64,000 nucleotides of DNA. Origin: Balamuthia mandrillaris (taxonomy: Eukaryota). How positions within the stretch are numbered: position 1 is the stretch's first letter; every line of letters starts with the position of its first letter. Below are positions 50,802 through 64,000 of this stretch, one piece after another. A program made the position numbers and the translations under genes. The stretch covers positions 1 to 64,000 of the forward strand of contig JAVKOQ020000009.1 of NCBI GenBank assembly GCA_031835245.2, given 5' to 3'. Under the pieces are notes generated by a model. The model had not been told where the DNA came from. It did not search any database and worked only from the letters and a program-made list of their open reading frames with translations.

Positions 50802-53800
50802 CAAACCAGAAACCGGTAAAGTTTTTAGTTGGGGAGAAATAGGAGAGTTTGGGCAATTGGGATTAGGCTTGGAATATACAAATACCAGGCGTTCTGTACC
50901 TACTCCCACGCGCATTGAAGGACTGCAGGGAGTGCGAGAGTTGAGTTGTGGAGAAAGCCACACTCTCTGCCTTGTCGACAAGAATGTCGGCGATGAACAA
51001 GCTCCCGTCATGCAACGGTTGGTGTACGCATGGGGAAGAAACAGTGAGGGTCAGTTAGGTTTGGGAGATAAGAAGCATAGGTTCAAGCCTTGCCTAAACA
51101 CATTCCTCTCGGAAGGCAAACACAGTGTTGTGTTGATAGCTTGTGGCTCTGCTTTTAGCATTGCTGTTGATGGTTTGTGTTTTTTTAGCTCATTTTATTG
51201 CTTATTTTTCTAATTTATTATTTTTCGGTTCTCTCTCCACCATTATCTTTTTTGTTGCTATCATGACTGAACAGATGAAAGTCGAATGCTGATGTGCGGG
51301 GAAGGTAAAACGATACCTGCAGAAAAGGGCTCTGATGCCAAACAGTCGCAGTTATTACCCAAAGAAAATCGCTTTTTTGGAAAGTCTAAGCCTATATTGG
51401 CGATTGCCTGTGGCAATGCCCATGCTCTTGCGTTGACTGAAAAGCAAGGTATCTATCTCGCTTTTTTCTTGTATCCTTATCTTCTTACTAAAATGGATGG
51501 TTATAGCAGAAAACGGTCAAGGGAGCAGCGAGCATACCGAGAAGAATGAATCAAAGAAGAAAATGGATGAGGAAGAAGAGGAAGAAGAGGAAGAAGAAGC
51601 AGAAGAATCAGAGGAAGAAGAAGCAGAGGGCGAGGAAGAGGGAGAAGAGGAAGAAGCAGAGGAGGAGTTTGAAATAGAAAACATTCTAGACTGTCGAACA
51701 AACAAGGTACTTTGATCTTCACCTTTATTGATCACGAAACGGTGCTTCTTTCTTAGCATGTTCTTTCTCTCTTTCTCTCTCTCCCTCTCTCTCTCTCTCT
51801 CAGGGTATAAAAGAATATCTTGTCAAGTGGAAAGGATATCCATCCTCGCAAAATACGTGGCAGCCTGAGAGCGATCTTACTAATTGTCAAGAACTGCTAC
51901 AGTACGTTTTGTTTTCACTGATTTGCTGAATATTGTTGTAACCAGCTGTACATTTAGAGAGTTTCTTAGGACGCAGAAGGACAAAGGAAAAGAAAAACAG
52001 CAGCAACAAAAAGCAAATGATAAGCAAGCAGAAAAGAAAAAGCAAACTGAAATAAAGGACAAAGGAAAAGAAAAACAGCAGCAACAAAAAGCAAAGGATA
52101 AGCAAACAGACCAAAATGGACAAAAGGAAGAGAAAGAAATGTCACCACGAAAGAGAAAGCGAACGAGTAGCACAGCTAATACCGCAGCAGCAGCACCAGC
52201 AAGAAAACAAAATGGAGATAAGGTCAAACGGGTGAGTATGCAAGATCTACGGTCGTTGGTAGACAGTGTTCCATCTACCCCAGAAACGAAGAGAAGGCGA
52301 AAGCGAAAATCCGCTGCTGCTGAAGATGATAAGCCAGAACCAGAGGATCATTGGGTAGGTGCTCCTCTGCAATCCTTTAGAGGAAACACATACTACAAGG
52401 TAAACTTTCTATTTCTTTCTCCTGCTGTTTTCCTCATTCTTTACTTTGCTTATTTCTTCCAATATGACTCCCATTTGCATTAAAAAGGCATTTACAAGGG
52501 ATGGTGTTACCTTTTCTGTCGGCGACAACATATCGTTAGAGAGCGGTGAGATTGAGCCAATGCTAGGCATGATTGCTTCCCTGTATGAAAGTCGCAAAGG
52601 AAATAAGCTGTGCAAGGTACGATGGTATTACCGACCGGAGGACACTGCTGCTGGCTACGATTATGCTGACATCAAAGGTACTCTGTCTCTCTACCCGCCA
52701 TTTCTCTCTCTCTCTCTCTCTCTCTCTGACACAATTTTGCAGAGGTCTTTGGTAGTGTACACGAAGATACGAATCCGTTGTCAGTCATATTGGGCAAGAT
52801 TAGTGTCGTGTCAGAAGAGGAATATCACCTTATGTATGCTCAACGAAAGAAAGAGAACCCAGGATTGAGAAGCGAGGAAGCGCTCATGGAAGACGTTTGG
52901 TTTGTCCGACAGTTTTACAACCACGAAGAACAAGAATTTGAAGATTACAACGCTCCTAAACAGGTTCATATCTCTCTCTGTCTCTCTGTCTCTCTTTCCC
53001 TCTCGTTAAAATAATGATTATGTCTCACAATTTTGATGCTTGTTTGTACCTCCTCACTGTCATTAGCGCGATCTCGAGAAGCTTATAGCATCGGAAGCAA
53101 GACGTAAATCCACAAGCGACACAACAGCAACTACTGCTAGGAAAGCCTCCGCAACTAAAAAGATTGTAGGTAGCACAGAGTCGCCAACAGCCATTCGACG
53201 GGCAAAACGCCAAAAGCGAGATCAAAGTTCTGATACTGGTAGTTCAAGCACTTCGTCATTGTCAACATCATCGACTTTGAAGAAGCAACGAGGAGGAAAA
53301 ACAGAAAAAACAGCGAAAGCGAAAGATGGAGAGAAGAAAAGACTGGCAAAGTCAACGGCAGAAGAAAAAGAGGAAATGGAGGTAGAACAACGAGAAAAAG
53401 CAGGAGAGCAGGAGAAAAAAGAACCGAAACCCGAGAAAGAGAAGGACACCCAACAACCACAGGAGTCCGACAAAGCTATGGACATTGTCCAAGACAACTC
53501 CAACAACAGCACCAACGCTGCCGGACGAGACGAACAGCAGCAAGACACTAACCCAGAAAAAGCCTCTTCTTCCTCTGCCTCTTCCACTCCATCCGCTTCC
53601 TCTTCTTCCTCCTCTGCCTCTTCCACTCCATCCGCTTCCTCTTCTTCCTCTTCTAGTCAGGATAAGAAAAAAGACAATAATGAACCTCCACTGGACCCCA
53701 CTGTCTTAACGGAGCGCCTGTTGAACGCCGTAAAAGAAGGCAACAAGAAGAAAGTGAGCAGCCTCCTCTCCAAAGGGGCCTCTCCCTTTGCTACTAACAA

Positions 53801-54188
53801 GTTTCAACAAACACCCATTCACTGGGCGGCTGCACACGGCAAGGCCACCTGCCTGGGTGTCCTGATGTCCCACGTGGAAACGAGTGATGGCAACGACACC
53901 AAACAGCGGCTGTTGAACCAAAAGGCGTGTCGTGGCTGGACGCCCTTGCACTATGCCGCTCACAACAATCATCCGCAGGTGGTTCGCATGCTATTGGATC
54001 TTGGGGCGGATCCTCATGTGAAAAACGAGGAAGGAAAGACACCTGCCACGATTGCTGCCAATCGGGGATGGACCAAGGTCTTTGAACTCCTTTCCTTCAA
54101 TAACAACAACGGCAGCAATAGTCAGAACGCTGACTCCAACAGCAATGGCAATAGCAGCAACAGCATCAACGAAAGCGAAACCCTATAG
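49448..54188 (+). CDS. Multidomain chromatin protein: RCC1 repeats - chromodomain - BAH - ankyrin repeats (multi-exon)
   Basis: RCC1 repeats 49.6-51.45 kb. Chromo FEIENILDCRTNK-GIKEYLVKWKGYPSSQNTWQPESDL. BAH FSVGDNISL..KVRWYYRPEDT..VILGKISVV. Ankyrin TPIHWAA, GWTPLHYAA. Confidence 0.82.
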
Positions 54189-54627
54189 AGACTACCCTGC
54201 GTTGTGGAGCAGAGCTTGGCTCTCCTTCGCTATCCCACCCGCTCTCTCTTTGTGTTTTTAGAATCTCTCTCCCTTAGTTCCTCAAGCAACGCTTCTCATT
54301 TTTTTTTTTTTTGCAAAAAGATAATAAAAGACAAACGAGAAACACACAAAACAAGTCCTTTGGGGGAGGTTGGAGCCTCACCACCGACCCATTCCCCATC
54401 CCCGCATTACCACCACTGCGGAGAACCATTTAGGGCGCAGCTCAGCGCAATCATGAAGCGAAACGCATGGAGCTTGAGGCCACTGCATCTTTGCAGAGGC
54501 AGAGAGACGTTCGGACCACGAAAATTGAGCCCCTTCCCTTCCTCTCGCCTGTTATATTTTATATTTGGGTGGCGTCCCTTCAGCAAAGAAGAGAGAAAGG
54601 AAACCGGACCGCCACAAAGGTGCGAGC

Positions 54628-55203
54628 ATGTCTTCGGAGGGAACCAGTCCAAGAGGTGATCGTAAACACTCCTCCAAGAGAAAGTCTGGTTCAGGGGGCG
54701 GCACCGTCGCCGGGAAGACGACCACCCACCACCACAGAAAGAAAGCCCATTCCAAGGAAAAGGACCGCGAGTCTCTTCCCAAGGGCGAACGTTCGGCCGT
54801 TGTCCCTCCCTCTTCCCCGTCCGCTTCCTCATTGAGCTCCAGCGGACATCACCACCATCGAGGGGGAAGGAGAAGAACCCACAGGAGCCACGCAGCGGCG
54901 TCTACATCCTCCGAGACAGAGCCTTTGGACGCGGAGCTTCCTTACTGGGGCAAACTCGTTTCTTTTTGCAGCGAAGCGCATCCTGATGTGGAGCTAAGCC
55001 TTCCAAAGGAACTGCTGGGTCGTGGTCCTCAATGCCATCCTGCTTCTCGATATACAGGTACGTGCGTCTTTGTGGACATGGAGCCAAAAGGTTAACCCTA
55101 CTCCAAAAGACACAACGATCAGCACCGTTCATTGTCAGATCTCTTACGAACAGAAACGGACAAAGCATGGCCACCACAAATACTGTGTCTATCTAGAAGA
55201 CAC

Positions 55204-55243
<40 letters not shown>

Positions 55244-58200
55244 GTTTGTCAGTGCAAGCAACTAATGGCTTGGCCGAAAACAGTTCCAATGGTACGTACG
55301 TGAATGGGTCTCTGGTGGGCAAAGGCAAGGTCATCCGCCTGAGGACCAGCGACGAGATAACGTTCGTGGTGCCCAACATCTACGACGAGGACTACTCCCC
55401 CACGGAGAGCATAGCCTACACCTACCTGGACTTTTTCGAGCAATGGAGAGGAGCAGCTCCTTCAGTTCCATCCTCTCCGGCAGCGGCTTCTTCTTCTTCT
55501 TCGCCTGCACCCGTGTTGGTTCTTCCAGCGTTGCCCAAGAAACAAAAGGAGAAGGGCAAAGAAGACGGAGAACATGAGGACTCGGAGCAACAGGACTTTC
55601 TGAGCAGCTATCGCGTCTCGCCCAGGCAGCCGCAACGCCACCAACCGGAAGAACAAAAGCAGAGGGCGGGCTTTGATCCGGCCAAAGTGGGCGGCGTCTC
55701 GTTGTTGGCCCCTTCCTCTCCTTCTCCCTCCGTCGCGCGCAGGAAAGAGGGCCAAAGCGCAGAGGCACCTTCACCAGCATCAGCTAGGACAACATCACCG
55801 GCAACACCGCAAGCAAAGGAGAGCGGTGGTGCCAGCGGTCAAGCGGAGAAGACGCAACCGTTTGACCATCTCCTCACAGCGGAGCAGTTCATGAGGGAGC
55901 TGCAGGTGAACTGCGAGGCCGACCTGTTGGCGGCCCTCAACGAGCGCCTTCGCACGTGCGAGGAGAGCTGGCTCATCTCCTTCCTGGACATCACTGGCAT
56001 GGACCTTCTTCTCGACGTGCTTTCCCACAGTGACCGCAAGAGCAAGTTACGTTCGTTTTTTTCCTCTTTCTCCTCTCTCTTGTGTGTCTGTCTTTCCACT
56101 TCGCCACCGCTCTCCTCTCTCTTTCCCTCTGCTCTCTCGTCTTCTCCCTCATCCTCGCTCCTATCCTCGCCCCTCTCCTCCACTCCTCGCTCCTCTCCTC
56201 CACTCCTCGCCCCTCTCCTCGCTCATGCCCTACATCCTCTCCGTTGTCTTCTCTCTTCTCCGACCTCCAATGTCCACAAAAAACAGACAACAGGGAGAGA
56301 GAGAGAGAGAGAGAGAGACACAAGCGAGACAAGAGACAAAAGAGACAAGAGAGAGAGAGAAAGGAAAAAGAAAAGGCGGAGAAAAGAAGGGAAAAGGCCG
56401 ACGGGAAGGTTAGGTTAGGGAGGGGAGGGCCGAAATTCGGACGGACTGTCAAGTTCATGTCAAAGAGGGTGAAATGTGAGAAAGACTCCCTTTCCTGAAC
56501 TTCCAGCCAGCCTGCCTGCCAGCCTGCCGCTGGACAACCAACCATTCCAACCAACCAACCAGCTGCTGCGCTGGAGGAAAAGAAAAAGGGTAGCAGACAG
56601 AAGAGAAACCTACCGAAACCTTTTGCCCTGCTTCCTGCCTGCCTGCCCCGAAGTGGTGGTGAACTGTTTGAAACAGAGATCATACTGACAAAGGGACAAA
56701 AAAACAAAGAAGGAAAGGAGCGAGTGGTGGTATTACACCCAATAGATTACAGGACCAACGAGACAAGGGAGAAAGAAAAAAAAGTGCGAAAGTAGAAGTA
56801 AGAGAAGATCGTTACGTTTCACACCCTAACCTGACAGTTTGGGCCTGCCTCTGCACGACGATCGAAGTCAGAACCAACCCTTTTTTGCTTCTCACATCTT
56901 GCAACCCTGCATAACGCTCAGCCCTCCGCCTCAACGGCAGCTCAACCCCTGCTTCCCTCATTCCATTCCTCCGCTCCCTCTCCATCACTCCTCCTCATTG
57001 CCCGAGAGGGCCGCTTCTGCTACTTTTATAGAAAGATCACCAAAGCAGAGAAGGGCAGCTGCTCCTCTCTGTTGTTGTGGCGATCGCACCAACAGAGAGG
57101 AGACTCTTCTTCTTCGTCCTCATCATCTTCTTCTTTTACTCCTCCGCAACTGCATTCATTGTCACCACTTCTACTTATTCTGTCTTCACCTCTCACTTCT
57201 TCTTTCGTCATTCTCTCCTCCTCTTCTTTTCCTTCCTCTTCGTGGCCTCTCATCGAAGCCAAGACCTCTTGCTCTTCTTCTATTTCTTCTCTGCCACCAC
57301 CGTCATCATCGTCGTCGTCCTTCGTGTTTTTGTGTGTAAACCTGTTTTGCTTACCAGTCGTTCATCACTCTCTGTGTCGTGTTTGTTGTTGCGATTGTGC
57401 TGTATGTTTGCTTTGCTGCAGGCGAACTCCCTCTGACGAGCAGATAGAATGGGAGTGCATTCGCTGCGTTGAAACCGTGCTTAATACTGAGGTAATGCCT
57501 AGTTATCTATGTCATTTCCTTTCTTTCTGTCTTTTTAAAAATCTTTCTGTTGTTCTTTTGTCACTTTTGTTTGCTTTGTGCCTTTTCCTTCATTGGTCAA
57601 CAAAACTGACGATGGAGTAATGCATTACAGTTGGGCTTTGAGCTTATCTTTGAGGTGCCGCAGCTATTGGAAGATTTGGCGCTTTTTCTTGACTCGTCCA
57701 ACGTTCAGGTGCGAGCAAAGATCCCACAAATATTTGCTGCTATCTGTTTGTATTCTCCTGAAGCCCATGAGTATGCCTCACTGATATCTGTTCGCTCTTT
57801 TAGTCTAAGTTATTTTCTGACTATTTTTTTGGTACAAAAAGGCTGATTCTTCGGTCAATGACGTTCTTCAAAGAAGCTAAAAAAGAAAAGGCACGCTTTG
57901 AACGCCTCGTCCGTTCCTTAACAGACCCTGGCAACTCTGTTCAATACAAGGTACCGTTCTTAGATTTCCGATTTTCTTTACTGCTCGTAACAACAATTTA
58001 TTGTTTATCGTTATCCCATTTGTAGGTGCATTGCATGTGCCTCATCAATCACATGATAGATGGTGTGACAGAAGTGGAGCATCGTGTTGAGCTCAGAGAA
58101 GAGTTTGTCAGGTTGGGCCTTCTTGATCTAATGAGGGTATGTAAACTTTATACATTCTGTGTATCTTAGTTTGGGCATTTATATTTGTTTGTTATTTTAG

Positions 58201-60536
58201 CCGTTACGAATGCACCGCTCCAAAGAGTTGGATTCCCAATTGGATCACTTCCTTGCTCAAGCGGAGAAGGACAACGCCGAATCAAGTGTGCACGATACTG
58301 ATCTTTCGTACGAATATTTGCTTCTGCCATATGTTTGAGTTCATCGCTTACTTACCTTTGTTCCTCACTTTCACTCAAGCGATCCCATTGAAATGACAAC
58401 TCAAATTAAGGCTATCATGATAGGCACTTCAGGCTATCCGTACTTTCTTGGTACCCTGCAAAATCTGTTACTAATTGCTGCTAGAGGATCTGACAAGAGG
58501 TAAGCTATTGCCCCTGTATGTTGTTTGTGTGTGCGTCTCTGTTGTAAGCTAACTCACTTTCTCCTGCTTATTATAAGCGTTTGGGAAAAGGTAGAACAGT
58601 CGACGCATGACGCTGTCATGACGGAAGAGGAGGCAACTGGTGAAACACGTTTGAATTTAGCCAAGCTGAAAGAGGCCATTCAAGCCAAGCAACAACAAAA
58701 AGAAGAATCAGCTGATAAAGAGTATGTTTACCTACAACTTCTTTAAATCCTTCCGGTTTTCTTCTAACTGTTCTTCAGGTTGAACAAAAGAGAACTTATG
58801 CGCAAACAATTTGAAGAAGAACAATTGGCATTTAAGGAGAAGATGCGACAAGAAATGGACGCTGTTCAACAAAAACACAGGACTGAAAAAGAAGAAATGG
58901 AACTGTCTTTCAAGCTTGAGATTGCAGAGCTGAAGAAAGAACTTAGTTCTCTTCAAACAAAACTCATGGAGGCCAACAACAGAAATGGAAGCTTCCAAAC
59001 TACATCATCGTCATCAATAACAACAAGAACCATTTCATCTGCAACGAACAACGGAGATAAAGATCTCAAACAAGAAGAAAACTTGTCAGCATCACCACCA
59101 CCCCCTGGAGGAGCTCCGCCTCCTCCACCAGGAATGCCTCCTCCACCACCTTCTGGATCAGGAGGACCACCTCCACCACCGTTTGGAGCACCGACCATGA
59201 TGATGGAGGCGGATGATCCGAACCAACCTCGGCCTTCTGTGCCGGTCAAACAGCTCTATTGGGTAAAAATACCTCCAGTCAAGAAAGAACAGACGATATG
59301 GCAACACATCGACCATCACAATGTGGAAGTGGAGACATCCACTCTGGAGGAGCTGTTCAAGTTGAAGCAACGGCACCATGACCGTGACGATGAGAACGCA
59401 GGTTCGAGTGATGCCGCCACGGATACAGATAGTAAGCCTTCGGAGGAGGAAGGTGCAAAGACATCCTTTACGGCTGTTCAGAAAGTAAAAAAGAAGCGTA
59501 CTTTAATTGACCCGAAGCGAGCGAACAACATTGGTACGAAGACCACCTAAATGTTAACTTTTAACAACTTAACTTTCTTTTTTTGTAGCTGTAATGCTGG
59601 CCCACTTTCGCCTTCCGTTGGATTCCATCCGTAAGAGTATATTGGAACTAAACATGGATGTGTTGACTGAACACAATGTCCACCAGTTACTCAATTATGC
59701 TCCCACCGAAGAAGAGGTTTGTATTATCTCGTCCTTTGTAATGTTTTATCTATTTTGTTTGACTGTTGTGTAACACTTAATGTAGGAACAAATATTAGCA
59801 GAGTTCAAGGATTCGCCGCAGGAAGTGGGGCGTGTGGAACAGTTCTTCTTGCAGATGCTGACCATTCCTCGGTTTAAACAACGAATGGCTACATTCGCCT
59901 TCAAGCTAAACTTTAAAAATCATTTGGAGGAGTTAGAATACGTTAGTATCATCTCCTGTTTGTTTTAAACTTGTCCTTTTAACACTGTTTCTTTTGTAAT
60001 CTTCTTCAGGACATCGATGTTATATGCAATGCAACAACAGAACTCCGCAACAGTCCCAAATTTTCAAAGACGCTGGAGGTACCATTACCCCTTTTTTGTT
60101 TAGAAGTTTGCATCTGTTTATAGGACTCACAATGTCCTGGTAATCCAGGTCATTTTGGCAATCGGCAATTTTATGAATGCAGGACCCAGAAAACCATCAG
60201 CTGCTGGCTTTAAGCTCTCCTTTTTAACGAAAGTATGCTCTTTATTTACGTCTTGAGTTTCGCTATTACTTTCTTGTTTACGCACTTTACGTCAATAGCT
60301 AGGAGATACGAAAAGCACAGATAATAAGGCAACGATGATCCACTATCTTGCCTCTCTGTTCCATCGCAACTATCCAGAATTGTTGACTACCCACACAGAA
60401 CTCAAAAGTGTTGAAGAAGCCACAAAAAGTTTGACCATACTTTCTGCTCATCGCCTTAGTTCTTACTGACTGTAGTGTCTTTTTTCGTTTCTTCCTTGCT
60501 TCATCTCATCTCATCTCTTCTATTCTTTCTCTTTGC

Positions 60537-60579
<43 letters not shown>

Positions 60580-61118
60580 TAACAGTATCGGCAGACACAA
60601 TTCTAGCGGAAATCAAAACAATGACCAGTGAGCTTGCGAAACTTGAAGAGGAACTCGCACTAGAGTATCCTCCCGAGGACCGATACAAAGAAGTCATGTC
60701 CCATTTCCATGCCGAAGCCGTTCACCACATCCAACGCATTCTCCACAAGAAGGACCAAATGGAGAGCGCCTATCGAGCCACCTTGCAGTTCTTTGGAGAG
60801 GAGGCCACCATGCAGAGCGAGGACTTTTTCGCTCAGATACATGACTTTTTGTTGGCATTGGAGAAGGCGGCCAAAGACAATGCTAGAGAGAAGGTTCTGG
60901 CGGAGAAGAAGCAGGTCATGGAGGCCAAGAAGAAGGAGAGAGAGGAGCAGAAGGCAAAGCAAGGGCAGATGAAGGCCCGTATTAAGGCCAAAGCTTCCGT
61001 CAGGCAAAGAGGGGGAGGAGAAGAGAGACCAACTAGCATTCGAAAGGGTGTTTTGGATAACCTTTATGGGAGCATGAGGAAGGGTGCTATTTGCAGAGAG
61101 GAACGTCAAGAGGAATAA
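54628..61118 (+). CDS. Diaphanous-related formin with N-terminal FHA domain (FHA-GBD/FH3-FH1-FH2-DAD; multi-exon)
   Basis: FHA LLGRG..ISTVHC..EDT-SSNGTYVNG; FH1 poly-Pro 59090-59190; FH2 KQLYWVKI, IDPKRANNI, IGNFMN, GFKLSFL; DAD-like GVLDNLYGSMRKG. Confidence 0.92.
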
Positions 61119-61362
61119 CAGTTTTGTGTGTTTTAGTTGTTGCCTAGGAATGCAACAAAACTCCTTTCTAGGCATGTGTTTTCAGTTGAAGGCATAGGCT
61201 ATGGGTTAGCCTTTGCCGCCTCCGTGTGGCCATTCAGTTCAGCAAAGCGGTGCTGGACGTAGGTCCCAAGCAGTTCCCTAACCAAATTCTAAGAGCACAG
61301 AGGAACGCCAGCAATTCAAAGAATTCCATCACGTCGTCGTGAATAATCGGACCAAAAGGGAG

Positions 61363-61764
61363 ATGAAGAGGAAAGGAGCAGGCAAAGGCCTGGCCTCTGC
61401 CGAAGAGGTGGTCCTGCAAGGCAAGGCTCGCGGCAAACAGGGTAAAAATCAGCAGCAGCAACAAAAACAAAAACATGGCGCTCCTCCTCCCACTGCAAAT
61501 AAACCTGGAGGAGCACACAAAGGAGGAAAGAGACAACAAGGCGCTGCCGTCGCTGCCTCCTCCTCCTCCTCGGTCAGCATCTCCTTCTTTTTCAGTGTTG
61601 TTCTAGCCTCCACCACACTCCTCTCCCCCTCCTTCGTAACAATGTTTTCGCTTCGATGTGATTGCAGGAAGAGCCGCCCAAGCGTACCCCTCTCTTTGGC
61701 AGCTGGACTGGAAAAACGCCCGTTACAATGCTGGTTCGTTCGTTTTACCTTCCTCTTCTCTTTT

Positions 61765-61808
<44 letters not shown>

Positions 61809-61849
61809 TCTCTTTCGTTTTAGGTAATCTCAGTTATTCGTTCTTCTTG

Positions 61850-61881
<32 letters not shown>

Positions 61882-64000
61882 CTTCTTCTTCTTCTTCTTC
61901 TTCTTCTTCTTCTTGTTCTTCGTCTTCTTCGCCTGTTTCTTCTCCTCCTCATGCGCCTCATCATTTTTCGTAGAATGAATGGTGTCAGCGCAACAAATGG
62001 GCCAAGCCAGTATTTATCCCAACGAAAGCCCCCAAAGAAGGCCAACACCGCTGCAAGGTGCTGCTCCACAACCCCAACAACAAGAAGACCGATGAGCGCC
62101 ACTGCTACGTGCCGCCAGCCGACGAGGAGGGGGCGCCCTCTGCCATTTTGGCCAGGCACACGGCAGCGGTGGTGGCCTTGCATGGCCAGTGCGGCTCGCT
62201 GCAGCTGCATCAGCTGCTGCCGCCGCAGTTTCGGGAGCTGTGGCATCGCTTGGGGGAGCAGGCCAAAGTCAGGAAGCAGGCGGAGGAGGTCAAGGAGGCT
62301 CGGAGGGAGGAGCGGAAGAACAAGGAGGAGAAGCGAGAAAAGTGGCTGGAGCGACTGCCGCAGGTGTTTATGAGCCCCACGGCTAGGCAGTTGGTGGAGA
62401 ATGTGCTTAAGCAGCTTCAACAGCAGCAGAAACAACCAAAGCAGGAGACTGAAAAGCAACGAACAAGACAGAGCAAAGAGGTGGGAGAAACAGAAGAGGA
62501 AGAAGAAAATGGGGGAAGGAAGCGAGAGGTATGGCGCAGGGTCAAGAACCGTCTCTTGCGACAAGGATGGAAAGAGGAAGATATCAACAAGGCATTTGAG
62601 GAGGTAGAAGAGCTGGAAGATGATGGAGTACATAAAACAGAAGAAGAGAACTCCCTCATTGAGGCTACGGACCGGTTAGTCTCGCGACTGCTTGATTGGC
62701 TCTGCCTCTACGTTCCTGAGCACGAGTTACCAAAGGCATTTGTACCAACCAAGTCCCTCGAAATAGGGGCTAGTTCTTTCGTGACATCTTCTACTTCTTC
62801 GTCGCCTGCTTCTTCTCTTTCGTCGAACAACGATCAAGTCCTCTCTGAGGAGGAAAATAAGTTGCGTCGTTTGATGGATGCAGCAGAAGAGGCTGTGACC
62901 CGGGCGGAGAAAGACAAAACTAAAAGCAAAAGTGTTAGAGAGGCAGAAGAAGAGGATGTTGCTCAACTATTGTGCGAAGCATGTAAAACGAAAGCTTTAG
63001 AAGGAAACCCTACCTCTATTCCGTGTGAGTGTTCGTCGGAGGAGTTACATTCGCAGAGAATGGATGAAATGATGGCCTTGGAGGCCATTCTTGGCGATCA
63101 ACTTCAAAAAGAAGAATCAGAAGAAGACGCCAATCCAGAGGCTACTTTACGATTCCGTATCCAACTTTCACCCGAATCACCGTCCTCACCGCTTCGCTCT
63201 TTGTTGGTGATAATCCCACCAACAACTCGCTCCAAGTACCCCTTTCAACTTCCTCTTTTTCTTCCGGAATTTGCTGTGGATGCAAACAGCAACGTCTCGA
63301 GGCAAGGCAAGATGCGAGTCTTCTTGGCGGCGGTGAAGGAAGCATCCGGCATTATGGGCTCTCCTATGATATACTCATTAGTGTTATGGCTTCAATCTGA
63401 CGCAGCTTCTGAACTAGCCTCTTCCTCCTCTTCGCCCTCTCCTTTGCTTTCGTCTTCTGCTGCTGCTTCACCCTCTCCTCTGCTTTCTTCTTCGTCTTTA
63501 CAAAAAGGAAGAAATAACGGCTCAAGTCAAAAACAACAGGCACCAATCAAAAGTATCAACCGAAAGAAACCATTGCCGCGTGATAAGACGATCCCTTCGT
63601 TATCACCGAGCGAAAAGCAAAGGCTAAACGAACTGTTGAAAGCCAAACAGGAGGAGCTGCTTCTTTCTCCGTCTCACCAAAAGATGCTCAAGGTACGACA
63701 ACACCTTCCCGCATGGCAAAAGCGAAAGGAATTCCTCTCCGCATTACACTCGCAACAAGTGTTAGTGGTGACGGGAGCGACTGGCTGCGGCAAGTCTACT
63801 CAAATACCACAATACGTGTTGGATGACATGATCCAACGAGGATGTGGAGCGGGGTGCAATATCATTTGCACGCAACCCCGCAGGATTTCTGCGGTCGGAT
63901 TGGCTTCTCGCGTCGCTCAAGAGAGAGGAGAAAATGTGGGACAAACCGTGGGTTATCAGATCCGGCTCGAGTCTGTTCGATCACAAGATACCAGGTAATT
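61363..64000 (+). CDS. DHX57: DEAH-box RNA helicase, DHX57/DHX29-like, with RWD domain (truncated by window end)
   Basis: WTGKTPVTML..EWCQ; LDWLCLYVPEHELP; RWD DEMMALEAI..YPFQLP; LPAW..GATGCGKSTQIPQY, CTQPRRISA, VGYQIRLE. Confidence 0.85.
61851..61930 (+). repeat. (TTC)n microsatellite in helicase intron
   Basis: Direct reading. Confidence 0.95.

Noticed and set aside
51975..52110. Duplicated KDKGKEKQQQQKA unit
   Set aside because: Ordinary slippage in a disordered linker.

Overview
Eukaryotic, intron-rich genomic DNA with short GT-AG introns full of (CT)n/(GA)n tracts and poly-S/E/Q coding runs. The gene set (two-domain WRKY, FHA-formin, Crinkler-type effector) suggests an amoebozoan-like protist; this is inference only. 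Bases ~11.4-64 kb are gene-dense host sequence: SDHA, a duplicated BTB gene, a RUN/coiled-coil protein, RCC1-BTB-BTB, a Rieske oxygenase, mS35, ZW10, WRKY, a SAP-fused bacterial-type TopB, TOP1, an RCC1-chromo-BAH-ankyrin protein, an FHA-formin and a DHX57-like helicase. Bases 1-~11 kb form an accessory island. It holds an AT-rich, CpG-eroded element with two different, convergently oriented tyrosine-recombinase pseudogenes, one intron-containing with a C-terminal Myb domain. Next come a SAM-NTPase-REase (Crinkler-type) gene with an apparent mitochondrial presequence and a possible DDE transposase remnant. The dual-recombinase element is the best candidate for an undescribed system. All calls come from motif reading by eye, and exon boundaries are approximate.
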